Shown here one piece after another: positions 26,701-35,079 of a stretch of 64,000 nt of DNA; position 1 is the stretch's first letter, and each line of letters starts with the position of its first letter. Where the stretch lies: contig CBDDIJ010000003.1 of NCBI GenBank assembly GCA_965228855.1, forward strand, positions 1,184,001 to 1,248,000. Direction: 5' to 3'. Below the pieces are notes generated by a model. The model saw nothing but the letters and a program-made list of their open reading frames with translations, made no database searches and had not been told where the DNA came from. The translations under genes and the position numbers were made by a program. The DNA is from Candidatus Obscuribacterales bacterium. Lineage in GTDB: Bacteria; Cyanobacteriota; Vampirovibrionia; Obscuribacterales; Obscuribacteraceae.

Positions 26701-29182
26701 CTTTGGCTTCCTGCAGCTTACGCAAACCTTCCGGACTCTTGTGCATCTGTTCAAGTTCGGCTTTAAAGTCTTCGGGCTTTGTTTCGATACCCCTTATATC
26801 ACTGGTAGTCATTTGTATCCTGTCTGCCAGTGAAAGTTTGCCACCATTTGCGGCACCATTGTCGATAATCTGCCGCTCGGCTTCACTGAAGCGTGTCCGT
26901 GTCGCAGCACGCTCTTCCGGACTTGCGTTCGCTGCATACTCAATTGTCGATTTGCGATCCATACCGAGGTTCAATCGGTCTTGGACTGTTAATTTACCGG
27001 TTGCTATGAAGTTGTCGACGTTATACCTTGTGTTTCTATTCCACTCATTTGGAGGCATGTGATTTGCCTGCTGTCGGAGATAGCTTTCCGAAATTACACT
27101 TCTGAGCGCCTTGTCCTCCGGCGTCATCTGATCCCGAGGTTTAGATAGTCTGGTTCTCAAACCGAGGTCCGACTCCAAGGCTCTCTGGGCTTGAGACAGG
27201 AGCTCGGGCCGTTTACCACCTTCCGTAGCGAGCTTCAGCAGTTTGTCCGTTTCATCAAGTTGTGGAATCTTTCCTGTTTCAGCAGCCTTGTCGATCATTC
27301 GCAGGGCAAAGGACTGCTCAACTTTGCTGAATTCAGACTCGTTCCGAATAAAATCGCGCAGCTGCTGTGCGAATTGAGGATTCGCCTTCATGTTTGCGGC
27401 GTCGGTCGCCGTCATCGATGAAAAGTTTTTGAGGACATTGTTGGCATCATAGCTGGTGCCAAACCAGAGGAAATCGGTGCCTTTGTTTTCGGCAATCGTC
27501 TCAGTCAACGTGCGATGAATATTCTGAGAGTCCTGGTAGGTTGGCTGTGCTGCTTTATCGCGAAGCATCTGCATGATGCGCGCGCTCTCTCCCTCGTCCG
27601 CGTACTTGGCAAGAGACGTCTCAATCTCGTTGAGAAACTGTTTTCCGTTCGCCGGATCGCGGAGAAGGTTGTAATCTTTCTCGCTTAAATTTTCAGCACG
27701 AGTGAGCAAATCGTTGTGCTTGTGACCGGAACCGAGACCGAACGGTCCCCAAGCCTCTGAGTGGGTACTAGCCATGTCGCTGATGACGGTGTCTCGACCA
27801 TATTTCAGAAAAGATTCTGCAACTGTTGCCTCTCTGGGCGAAAGTTTCTGACTGAAAATTTTGTGGATTTTATCGTAGTAATCCTTGGCTTCTTTTTCCT
27901 CTGGCGTTTGTGGCGCTCTGTTGTCGCCTGTAAGTTTCGCGCCCAGAATGAATTGTTGTCGCTCGGAGTCTGAGGCATTTTTCGCCGCCAGGTTGATGTT
28001 GTCCTTAGCATCAAGAATCCATTTGCCGGTGTTCTCTGTGGTGATGGTTTTGAGCGATATTCGCCCTTCCGTTAGATAGTCCTTCGCGACCGGATCCAGT
28101 AAGTCGTTAACGTTGAGTTTTGCTCGTCCAACCTGAACGTCTCCGCGAGCACTCGCTCGATCGTATAGCCTTTCCACACCGGCTGAACTCCAACTGCCTT
28201 TGTGAAATGCGACAGTCAGATCCCTCATCATGCCCTTATCTGCGAGAATTTCTCTGCGAGCTTGCACCGTAGATGGTGCATCTCCACGTAAAACCTCACC
28301 GAGGAGCCTCGCATCATGCGAGTCAATGGCTAGTCTCGTAAGATCTTTCACATCCTGAGGTGTTCGTTCGTCCACACCCTTGCGCAATATTTCCAGCGAT
28401 TTTATAGTTTGCGGCGTTACGTCTCGACCGGCTTCGCGTGTCGCCTCTTGCCAGGTTTTTCCGTAGTCTCTTTTGAAATTGCTTTCTAGTTCTTTTACCT
28501 GATCTTTATTGAGAGTCTCGAACACTGCTCTGATCGCGACGTTTCCCCGACTGCTGTCTTCTCTTGTCTGATTGATTGCGACCATCAGCGCGCCTGCGTC
28601 ATTTGTTTTGCCGTCGGTCCGATTCATTATCGACGTGATCTTTGCCTGCTCAACGCTCTCCGGACCGTCAAACTTGCTTGCGATTTCGCGTCGCAGCTCA
28701 CTGGATTTGAAATCCGAAGTGTGATCTATTCCAGACTTATCGCTATTTGCGGCAGACAGCTGCCGAGCTTTGCCTTTATCCCCAAATTTTTCTTCGTACA
28801 CTTGCTCAAGCGCGCGACGATCTGAATGGCTCAAAGGCTCTAAAATCCGAAAAACCTTATCTTTGTCCGGACTATTTTTCAGTCCCAGGAAGGAGGTCCG
28901 CGTCAGCGCCTCGTGCAATTCGTCGGCGGAGCGCTCGAGTGTTTTGCGGTCGAGCGTTGGCGGTTTCGTCGCCTCCGGTTTTGTGATTGATTCCAAAGCG
29001 CCGGTCGGCTTGGGCTGCTCGGGCTTAACATCCTTGAGGGCGCTGGAATCTCTGGGCGCTGTAGCCTCTTGAGACAGTGTTGTTCGGGTATCAGGTGCGT
29101 CGACCGTCGTCGCCGGAGTTTCATGCGGTTTGTCAGCCGGCTTTTCAGTCGTCGGCTCCGCTTTCGGTTTCGCACCCACCAT
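23714..29182 (-). CDS. Giant multidomain putative effector: annexin-like repeats, hydrophobic segment, 7-aa repeats, HD-like C-terminal domain
   Basis: ~1820-aa ORF, GAAGAGGG RBS before ATG 29182; motifs detailed in findings. Confidence 0.8.
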   Translation of the reverse strand: MVGAKPKAEPTTEKPADKPHETPATTVDAPDTRTTLSQEATAPRDSSALKDVKPEQPKPTGALESITKPEATKPPTLDRKTLERSADELHEALTRTSFLGLKNSPDKDKVFRILEPLSHSDRRALEQVYEEKFGDKGKARQLSAANSDKSGIDHTSDFKSSELRREIASKFDGPESVEQAKITSIMNRTDGKTNDAGALMVAINQTREDSSRGNVAIRAVFETLNKDQVKELESNFKRDYGKTWQEATREAGRDVTPQTIKSLEILRKGVDERTPQDVKDLTRLAIDSHDARLLGEVLRGDAPSTVQARREILADKGMMRDLTVAFHKGSWSSAGVERLYDRASARGDVQVGRAKLNVNDLLDPVAKDYLTEGRISLKTITTENTGKWILDAKDNINLAAKNASDSERQQFILGAKLTGDNRAPQTPEEKEAKDYYDKIHKIFSQKLSPREATVAESFLKYGRDTVISDMASTHSEAWGPFGLGSGHKHNDLLTRAENLSEKDYNLLRDPANGKQFLNEIETSLAKYADEGESARIMQMLRDKAAQPTYQDSQNIHRTLTETIAENKGTDFLWFGTSYDANNVLKNFSSMTATDAANMKANPQFAQQLRDFIRNESEFSKVEQSFALRMIDKAAETGKIPQLDETDKLLKLATEGGKRPELLSQAQRALESDLGLRTRLSKPRDQMTPEDKALRSVISESYLRQQANHMPPNEWNRNTRYNVDNFIATGKLTVQDRLNLGMDRKSTIEYAANASPEERAATRTRFSEAERQIIDNGAANGGKLSLADRIQMTTSDIRGIETKPEDFKAELEQMHKSPEGLRKLQEAKDEFALKYNRDLDDAMLSQVDDKQVDEFKRLLTPETGDGRQTFYDNVWKSLRSDSGAAADGTYLTMQRSIDQTANSLEEYQRIYQTLPADKQKALDEYFNQSWEQHKQSKEKLAEMVITATITAAALATAPFTAGMSVAALATWAGVAATAGAAVTVGTKMAFTGNDYDRSHMMRDIVHGAVAGGLIFAIPPVGRVTAVFGQGAKAILADGAVAGSVAGLQAAERAAVERALAESLMQAGKNFGQQEALAVLKQAAPSLGADATNALATQLVGSVSRNYGTAIEVGMQALNQQAAEGGKQVAVRMLKQMGESSLIGAGGNAVATLADAPFNEHGLDLTSLRDQTMIGGAVGLIMPVAFKGIAAGGKYVLNVSKEINAATGAVDVVVHGSPGDPVTVRRANGTTETITDRGRLMDGDKIIDGPRVKDPTPGETVTATRTTTEAIPQPKDGTHGTKSGTQTDAAPTGQTDSSPSGQTDAAKPTTDAAPVSTNNGGTPEQANLRRNEKGQLINQQGRLVNERGQLINEDGKLVNGQGRLVNERGQTINEHGAIVDSKGNPIESEFPTYAKSEFDRVRPDLVEDLHSWKTIDGKNVGEEFDSLAKKLGMSETERNQILDGLQTVREHGTRMVEIDPEQAINWKHTQREFGAAVDYAARNNFSKAETQDLLLSAMFSDGLKTKFNFTTHNVDGATAFEHFAKTHLADMSADRIAGIRQAILEHQVAPPEFMAMIYGGAIQGSIKAENRVMTDAETTAFNSLKAKISNPFALGPEGLIHVPGGPPGAKAVNLTPDEQALLQRTGLDYWYVPNEGNSWNKFSRGLIDADGIDNYAGPGGLSKIIGLRGPGKAVFFQDRHVLYGNPENPSQISSVDSWKQSQRDFLGAPEKGKLGVATEQTRAYVQQQSARMQGDIESAQSRVNQWINSAEGRSQLGLPTEGAIDKVPGWTGTKENPDLIDYSTATPEELDRARKIWDRFSEELGREQRVDLRTPPAYTPVMQR
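25033..25198 (-). repeat. Eight tandem 7-aa (21-nt) repeats [N/D]-x-x-G-x-[L/T/I/P]-[I/V] within the giant protein
   Basis: NEKGQLI NQQGRLV NERGQLI NEDGKLV NGQGRLV NERGQTI NEHGAIV DSKGNPI. Confidence 0.85.
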
Positions 29183-29468
29183 GGTATGCACCCTCTTCCG
29201 GAGAAGTGTCGCGATCTACATATACTATTTACCCAGGCGAAATCTAAAAGGGCTCTTGACAAGGGGTGATTTAAGCTTTGCCGGGAGTAAATACTTTCGG
29301 GCCTCTGAGGGTGCTGAACGTGCCCGTCAGATTAGTTGGTACTACGATGAACTTTGTTGGCGCCGTTGTAAACAGGGCGAAGATTCGGACCGGATTTTCG
29401 TCGAACCCCGTTTCCGATTTCGTGAGATGCTGCCACTGCATTTTGAGCTCGGTTCGACATGGCCAAAA

Positions 29469-29978
29469 TCACGGCGACGCCTGCCACTTGATTGATAAAA
29501 AGATTTTGTCCACTAATTTCTCGTGCAGTTCTAATTGACCGGTCGGTGCTGAAAAGTATAGGTTTTGAACCTTCCGGCCTTTGCCGCCATTATCTATGAA
29601 ACATGACATGGTAGAGAGCCCCTGTTCAAGCCAATTACCCTTGATGCGAATCACTCTTCGTTCGTTGACATAAACAGTATCAGCAAGTTTGATTTCGAAA
29701 ACTTCTTTGTTCGATAAACCTTCAATAACCGGCTCCAAATCCTGGATTTCAGTTTCCGATAGCTCGTGAAATGGCGCATAGAGAGCAGCCTGAAATTTTT
29801 CCGCATCGCCTCTACTTAATTCCACATCGCGATATAGGTGGCAGAAGAGGATATCTTTGTTGGTTGCGTCTCGAAAAACAGATATCTGGCGTTCGCCCAG
29901 ATCTAGTCGTTCCTCCGCGTGCCATTCATCGGGAATCTCAAACTGGTGAACAACGCCAAGTTTCTCTTCGATAATCAT
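29469..29978 (-). CDS. Hypothetical protein with PsbP/Mog1/DcrB-like fold pattern
   Basis: FEIPDEW at the N-terminus, beta-meander (VNERRVIRIKGNW...VQNLYFSAP) and terminal LVDKIFLSIKW, the usual layout of PsbP/DcrB-like proteins. Confidence 0.6.
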   Translation of the reverse strand: MIIEEKLGVVHQFEIPDEWHAEERLDLGERQISVFRDATNKDILFCHLYRDVELSRGDAEKFQAALYAPFHELSETEIQDLEPVIEGLSNKEVFEIKLADTVYVNERRVIRIKGNWLEQGLSTMSCFIDNGGKGRKVQNLYFSAPTGQLELHEKLVDKIFLSIKWQASP

Positions 29979-30037
29979 TGTTCTTCCCCTTTGCGTCACC
30001 TGCGAGTGTCGATCGACTTGCGTTCAAACTTAGCTAC

Positions 30038-31000
30038 TCAAGCTGTTTTATTGGAGGCAATCTGAGCAGACATCGTATGTGATTTACCTGGCGGTAACTC
30101 GATTGCATTTACAAGAGCGTTTGCCGTTTCAACACAAACCATTTGTTGCCATACGTCATCACCTAGATCCGCTAGTTTCGCAGACAGCTCGATCCACGGG
30201 TTCCAAACCACGGTTGTCGCAGAATTCTCTTTGCTAATCACCAGGCGTCGCTTCTTGAGCGGGTCTTGAATATAGACTGTTGATTTTGTGTTTATGTATG
30301 GTCTGTCAGTTTCACCGGTTAGTGCAAGAATGTTTTCAGTTTGAGTCTTATGTTTAAACTCATCAGTTTTGTCCAGATAATCTGTATTAACTAAACCGTA
30401 AATACTGATTTGTCTGGCATCTCCTACCGAAAAGTATGAGTGTAGCGCTTCTTCGAAAATGAACGGTTCGCTCGAAGTGTTTTCCACGGTCAGGCGAAGA
30501 GCGAGATTTTTTCCGAACACGATTTTGTATTTCAAAACAAAATTGTCGAAGCCTAGAGCACGCGATGCCTCGTTTGGTTCCAAAGTTAGAGTCATATTTA
30601 CTTTGCCATCAGATACGGTGGCTTCGCTGATCTGCCAAGTGGAAGTTCTCGCGAAGCCGTGCGAAGGACCGTCTGTCCGCGTGGAATACTGGTTTGCTGT
30701 CCGTGAGCCGAACCAGGGGAAAATAATTGGTACTCCGCCTCGAATGACTTTGCCAGGCTCGAACAGGGACTTGTCACTCAGGAAGAACACCGGTTCTGAA
30801 CCGGATGGGCACCACTCAACAAGGTGAGCTCCCTGAAGAAATATTTTTGCGTTACAGGGATCTGTCGTGATTGTCGCGTAGATTAAGCCGAATTCGTTCT
30901 CTGCGAAACTTAGTTTGCCCGGTATGGCGAATTTGTCAATGTATTCTTGCAGCAAAATGCACCTGTCGAAACTGATGGATAAACGTTTTACCGTCCCCAA
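30038..31000 (-). CDS. D-hexose-6-phosphate mutarotase (aldose 1-epimerase family, YeaD-like)
   Basis: QGAHLVEW, IRGGVPIIFPWFG, HGFART, EEALHSYF, VVWNPW, MVCVET; start uncertain. Confidence 0.92.
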   Translation of the reverse strand: MGTVKRLSISFDRCILLQEYIDKFAIPGKLSFAENEFGLIYATITTDPCNAKIFLQGAHLVEWCPSGSEPVFFLSDKSLFEPGKVIRGGVPIIFPWFGSRTANQYSTRTDGPSHGFARTSTWQISEATVSDGKVNMTLTLEPNEASRALGFDNFVLKYKIVFGKNLALRLTVENTSSEPFIFEEALHSYFSVGDARQISIYGLVNTDYLDKTDEFKHKTQTENILALTGETDRPYINTKSTVYIQDPLKKRRLVISKENSATTVVWNPWIELSAKLADLGDDVWQQMVCVETANALVNAIELPPGKSHTMSAQIASNKTA

Positions 31001-31067
31001 TTATTTCATAGGCAGCGTTTCAAAATCAAAGAGATCTGAACTATTTAAAGCGTGTTAGTATCTCGCA

Positions 31068-31685
31068 TCACCAGGAGTAAACTTCGCTATCTTCCTGAAC
31101 ATGAAAGTGGTTAACTAAATTGAAATCAATGCCCTCATATATCTCGCTTAGTGGCAGTTCAAGAACGAGTTCCGTGCAGCATTTTAAGCAAAGAGTATCG
31201 TCTTTGCTTATTTCATCGAATGTCCAGTGTTCACCCTCTCTTTGATAAAGCTCTAAATGTTTCCTGGTTTGATGAACGATGACGTATTCCTGCAGGCTAT
31301 CAATGCTCTGATAGGCTATGCGTTTCTCCCGACGGTCAATTGAAGCGGTAGACTTTGAGAGGATTTCGAAAATCAATTTTGGTGCTTCGCTGAACAAATT
31401 GCTTCGGTCTGACGTACCGCACTCTACGAAGACATCCGGATAGTAAAAAGAATTGCTGCTTTTTACCTGCACTTTCACATCGGAGATGAAGACTTTGCAG
31501 TTTTTGCCCTTTAAGCGGATCTTCAGTGCTGTTAGGATGTTTGCAGCAATTAGATTGTGTGACTTTGTTGCGCCACTCATGGCGAATATCTTGCCATCGA
31601 CAAATTCGTGGCGGACTTCAGAGGTCTCTTCCAGCGCAAGATAGTCTTGCACTGAAATTAATCCGGAGTGTCTTTCTGGTCTCAT
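31068..31685 (-). CDS. Uma2-family endonuclease-like protein
   Basis: RHEFVDGKIFAMSG, YYPDVFV, PKLIFEILSKST, DRREKRIAY, SLQEYVIV. Confidence 0.92.
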   Translation of the reverse strand: MRPERHSGLISVQDYLALEETSEVRHEFVDGKIFAMSGATKSHNLIAANILTALKIRLKGKNCKVFISDVKVQVKSSNSFYYPDVFVECGTSDRSNLFSEAPKLIFEILSKSTASIDRREKRIAYQSIDSLQEYVIVHQTRKHLELYQREGEHWTFDEISKDDTLCLKCCTELVLELPLSEIYEGIDFNLVNHFHVQEDSEVYSW

Positions 31686-31719
31686 AAAAGTATTTTACAA
31701 CGGGTGCCGCGGCCACACC

Positions 31720-32274
31720 TTAAGGTTTCTTCGACCAGTTGATGCTGGCGAGCGTCCCGCCGCTTTCTTTGTGTTTTCTGCAGGTAATGTACACTGACTG
31801 TTTTCCGCTTTCAGCGGTTAGCATGTACATCTCGCCGGTGGTGCTGAGCTCTGACAGCGCTTTTGCCGAAGGTATCTTTACCTTCCAGTTAGCTCTTCGA
31901 CAGGCGGAATTGTAGAAGTCGAATACCTGCTTTGGTTGATCCTTTGTAACAAGCATCGCTGAAGCCGTAGGTTTCCCCTGCGTGGAATGCGAAAAGCTTT
32001 TTGTGACTACGTTGCTAGTGTAAGCAGGGAGCGGAAAGTTCTTCGGCCAGCTGTCCGAGGCGGAGATGTGGTATTTGTCGCTCAAGAGCTTCATTACCTG
32101 CTCTTTTGATTTGTATTGCTGTATATCGCGCAGCACTTCAGGGGAAGCGTTTTGGTATTGTTGCGCCACTGCAGGTGGTGCTGCCAGATAGTTCAAGCCA
32201 GTCGTCATCGTAGCGGCTAGAGCGAGTTTAGAAATGAAACCTGAGAGTGTGAAAAATGAAAGCCGTCTAGTCAT
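31720..32274 (-). CDS. Exported hypothetical protein at the end of the Tad cassette
   Basis: Signal peptide (APPAVA|QQ); WPKNFPLPAY...VFDFYNSACRRANWKV pattern. Confidence 0.7.
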   Translation of the reverse strand: MTRRLSFFTLSGFISKLALAATMTTGLNYLAAPPAVAQQYQNASPEVLRDIQQYKSKEQVMKLLSDKYHISASDSWPKNFPLPAYTSNVVTKSFSHSTQGKPTASAMLVTKDQPKQVFDFYNSACRRANWKVKIPSAKALSELSTTGEMYMLTAESGKQSVYITCRKHKESGGTLASINWSKKP

Positions 32275-32292
32275 GTGATTGCTCTCCGTTTA

Positions 32293-34014
32293 CTAAAGAA
32301 GGCTAGGGACTGCGATCCCCAGTGAATAGATTTCAGTCCAGCGTTTCACTCGAAGATCGCCCAGGCATGAGTTGTAACCCGATCCCGGAGTCCAGTACAC
32401 ATCTTTATCCCAGAGACCCCAGCCAATTGGGAGACCGGGAACCATAAGGCACTTTGGAAGCGGCTGTCCAGATGCGCTATTGTAGAGCGCTGCCGGACAA
32501 TCAGCATCGTCAACGAGCTTCATCTCGGTTCCATCTGGTTCTTCGTTTTGTTTGAGTAGGAGCCACGGTGCCTTCACTAGAGCAAGATATCTCGGTAAGA
32601 CTTCTATGTGTTCTCCGTCCGAAGAAAACATGTAGAACTCGCGTTGATCGGCCAGCAGATACAAGATCGTAAGCGGGCTGTTCAAGCTGTCGTGAACCTC
32701 ATCCACGGTCACAACTTTGCCAACTTTGCCAACCATCTCATTGGCGCGATTGCATAAATAGGCTTCGATCTTCTCCTTGCCTTCGTCCGGAAGCCCAAAA
32801 ATTATCTGGTCTAGCGTGCGAGCGATAACATCGCCGCCTACTTCAACTTCTCCGGAACTTACATAAGAGCAGAAGGCTCCTCCGAAGGGCATTCTCTTCG
32901 CTCCCATCGTTTCCAGTTTATATCCGTATTTTTCAGGATCTCCAAACTCAACCTTCTTGGTTGGACCGAATGGGAAGAAGTACCAATGGACATACATCTC
33001 GTCCAGTTTTATACGGACGAAGGAATGGGGAAGCGACATCCTAAAAGTTTGACCTGGATTGGTTAATACCCATGATGTGGCTTTCTGACCGGCTTTGCCG
33101 CCCTTTGATTCTGCAATTCCCTCTCCTGAAAAAGCATTTGGAACAGGCTTGTCCCAACCTTGAAGAGGTTTTGCTTTAAGCAAGTTGTCTCCGAATTCGC
33201 TTCCGGACACCATGCGTGGTGTCTCGTCGTATACGAAAGGAACTTGCCAGAAATTGCGATCCCCTAGCTGAATTGGCTTATAGCCACTAAGGAAGTAGAG
33301 GTCCTTTCCGCTGGACGGTACGTTCTTCCGTGATGACTTCATTACGAGGTCAGGCATCTGGAAGTTTGGCGGCAGTGAATATTGTGGCGGAGCTACCGTG
33401 ACATTACTTTCGCGACCGCGTTGCATGTAGGAAGTTTGCCAGTTGTTTCCTCGCAAAGCTTTTGTACGAATGTCAGTTCCGAGCATTCTCACAGAGTTTT
33501 TGCCGGCTAATTCGTCGAAGAAATTGTAGAGATTTTCCTTCTGTTGCAGTTTATTAGCCAGGCGATTACTTATTGATTGGGCACCCTCAAACGCTTTTTG
33601 CGCATTTGCCTTTCCCTGTCCGCCAGCGCCTTCACGCTCTGCTGCTTCCGCGTTGATTCCTATCTGGAGTGCCTTTGCCCATATGCGATTGACACGGTGC
33701 AAATTGATTTCTTTCAAATCGGACAGACCGAGAGTCAAACTAGCCAGGTAATCTTCACCATGCGTGGTGTCATTTGCGACATCAGCGAAAATGAGTTCAT
33801 TGGCAGACGGCATGAGGGGGACGCTGACATCATCTGCAACTCGTTTTCCGACATTGAGCATGCCCGCATCGGTTGCGTTCTTCGTTTCATTCTGTCCACC
33901 CATATACATGGTCAAGCCGAAAAAGGCGATCCCGATAAGCAATAGAACAAACGCCAGAACAGCGCCAAGTGAGATGGAGCCGCGGGTTCGGTGTTTCTTA
34001 CTCAATAGCTTCAT
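32293..34014 (-). CDS. Large TadG-like pilus-tip protein with extended C-terminal domain
   Basis: TRG|SISLG hydrophobic helix then ETKNATDAGMLNVG (Tad motif); AGGAG RBS before ATG 34014. Confidence 0.72.
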   Translation of the reverse strand: MKLLSKKHRTRGSISLGAVLAFVLLLIGIAFFGLTMYMGGQNETKNATDAGMLNVGKRVADDVSVPLMPSANELIFADVANDTTHGEDYLASLTLGLSDLKEINLHRVNRIWAKALQIGINAEAAEREGAGGQGKANAQKAFEGAQSISNRLANKLQQKENLYNFFDELAGKNSVRMLGTDIRTKALRGNNWQTSYMQRGRESNVTVAPPQYSLPPNFQMPDLVMKSSRKNVPSSGKDLYFLSGYKPIQLGDRNFWQVPFVYDETPRMVSGSEFGDNLLKAKPLQGWDKPVPNAFSGEGIAESKGGKAGQKATSWVLTNPGQTFRMSLPHSFVRIKLDEMYVHWYFFPFGPTKKVEFGDPEKYGYKLETMGAKRMPFGGAFCSYVSSGEVEVGGDVIARTLDQIIFGLPDEGKEKIEAYLCNRANEMVGKVGKVVTVDEVHDSLNSPLTILYLLADQREFYMFSSDGEHIEVLPRYLALVKAPWLLLKQNEEPDGTEMKLVDDADCPAALYNSASGQPLPKCLMVPGLPIGWGLWDKDVYWTPGSGYNSCLGDLRVKRWTEIYSLGIAVPSLL

Positions 34015-34034
34015 CGGTATTGCTCCTAAGTTTT

Positions 34035-34442
34035 TCAATGAGCAACGACTGGTTCGGTCGCCTGGGCTAAAAATGTATAGCTTGCGCCAATTCCCGGGAC
34101 TGGAATTGGTAGCGAAACGTGCATTTTGGTTGTGGCTGACACGGTTTGCTTCGGCACATAGTCAAGACTTTTGAGACTCAATTCGGTGATGAAGCCGGCG
34201 TTGCCTTTTTTGTTTTCTTTGAGAGAGTTCTGAGCTGCTTCGACAGCTTTTGCTAAAGACGATTGGCTTGCAGCTGCGCGGGCGGCGTTTTTCGCGGCGC
34301 CGTCATTTACACCATTGGCTAAAACCATTACTATTAAATCAATCAGCGCCATTGCGATCACGATGATTATCGTACCGACGGCAACCGCTTCAATCATTTG
34401 CGAGCCGCACTTTCGACGTTTTCTCCTTCGATCATCCGGCAT
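34035..34442 (-). CDS. TadE/TadF-like pseudopilin
   Basis: KCG|SQMIEAVAVG..., KNAARAAAS, HVSLPIPVPG. Confidence 0.8.
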   Translation of the reverse strand: MPDDRRRKRRKCGSQMIEAVAVGTIIIVIAMALIDLIVMVLANGVNDGAAKNAARAAASQSSLAKAVEAAQNSLKENKKGNAGFITELSLKSLDYVPKQTVSATTKMHVSLPIPVPGIGASYTFLAQATEPVVAH

Positions 34443-34965
34443 TTTCAGGGTTCTCCATTGGTCGTTCCGACTCTATGTGAAGCGGCACAGGAGTATTGAG
34501 TGCTGGGACCTTCAAGATTGGAAACGGCACGAACACTGCAGGATTGCAAACGACAGTTGTTTTGACCATGACATACTTGCTGGTCGATGATGCGTCACCG
34601 CCGGAGATGCCATCTCTATAACTAATTTCGGTGACCGGTCGACCGGCAACATTTACAAATTTGCCTAAACCACTGTCATGCCACTGCGCAGGAATTCCTT
34701 TTTTTACCATCCCATTGGGATCCTGAGCTTGTTCGGCGGGCACCAGGGATGCCTCATGAACCTGGTTGTTGTTTAGAACCTTAACTACGCCGTAGGCGAA
34801 ACAAATGGAGACCAGGTCCAGAACAGGAAAGAAGAAGAGTAAAAGCAGAATGAAAAGTGCGGGACCGAACTCCGCGAGCGTTGCAGCGCAGATGTTTCGC
34901 ACCTTCGCTTTGCGTCGGTGTTTGGTAACACTCAGCTTGAATTGTCGCTTCGAATTGCGGATCAT
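34432..34965 (-). CDS. TadE-like pseudopilin
   Basis: Basic leader then ICA|ATLAEFGPALFILLLLFFFPVLD; PFPILKVP. Confidence 0.75.
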   Translation of the reverse strand: MIRNSKRQFKLSVTKHRRKAKVRNICAATLAEFGPALFILLLLFFFPVLDLVSICFAYGVVKVLNNNQVHEASLVPAEQAQDPNGMVKKGIPAQWHDSGLGKFVNVAGRPVTEISYRDGISGGDASSTSKYVMVKTTVVCNPAVFVPFPILKVPALNTPVPLHIESERPMENPENAG

Positions 34966-35079
34966 GGTTGCTGAAACTTGCGAAAGTAATTACATCAAGA
35001 GTTTCCACAGTATCTCACAAAGTATACTTGGGTAGGCGGACTTTTTAGGACGCCTGAACAGTCAGTCAAGGACCACTGG

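Noticed and set aside
31068..31685. Uma2 gene as a mobile element or restriction system
   Set aside because: No methylase, terminal repeats or transposase; Uma2 genes are commonly scattered singletons
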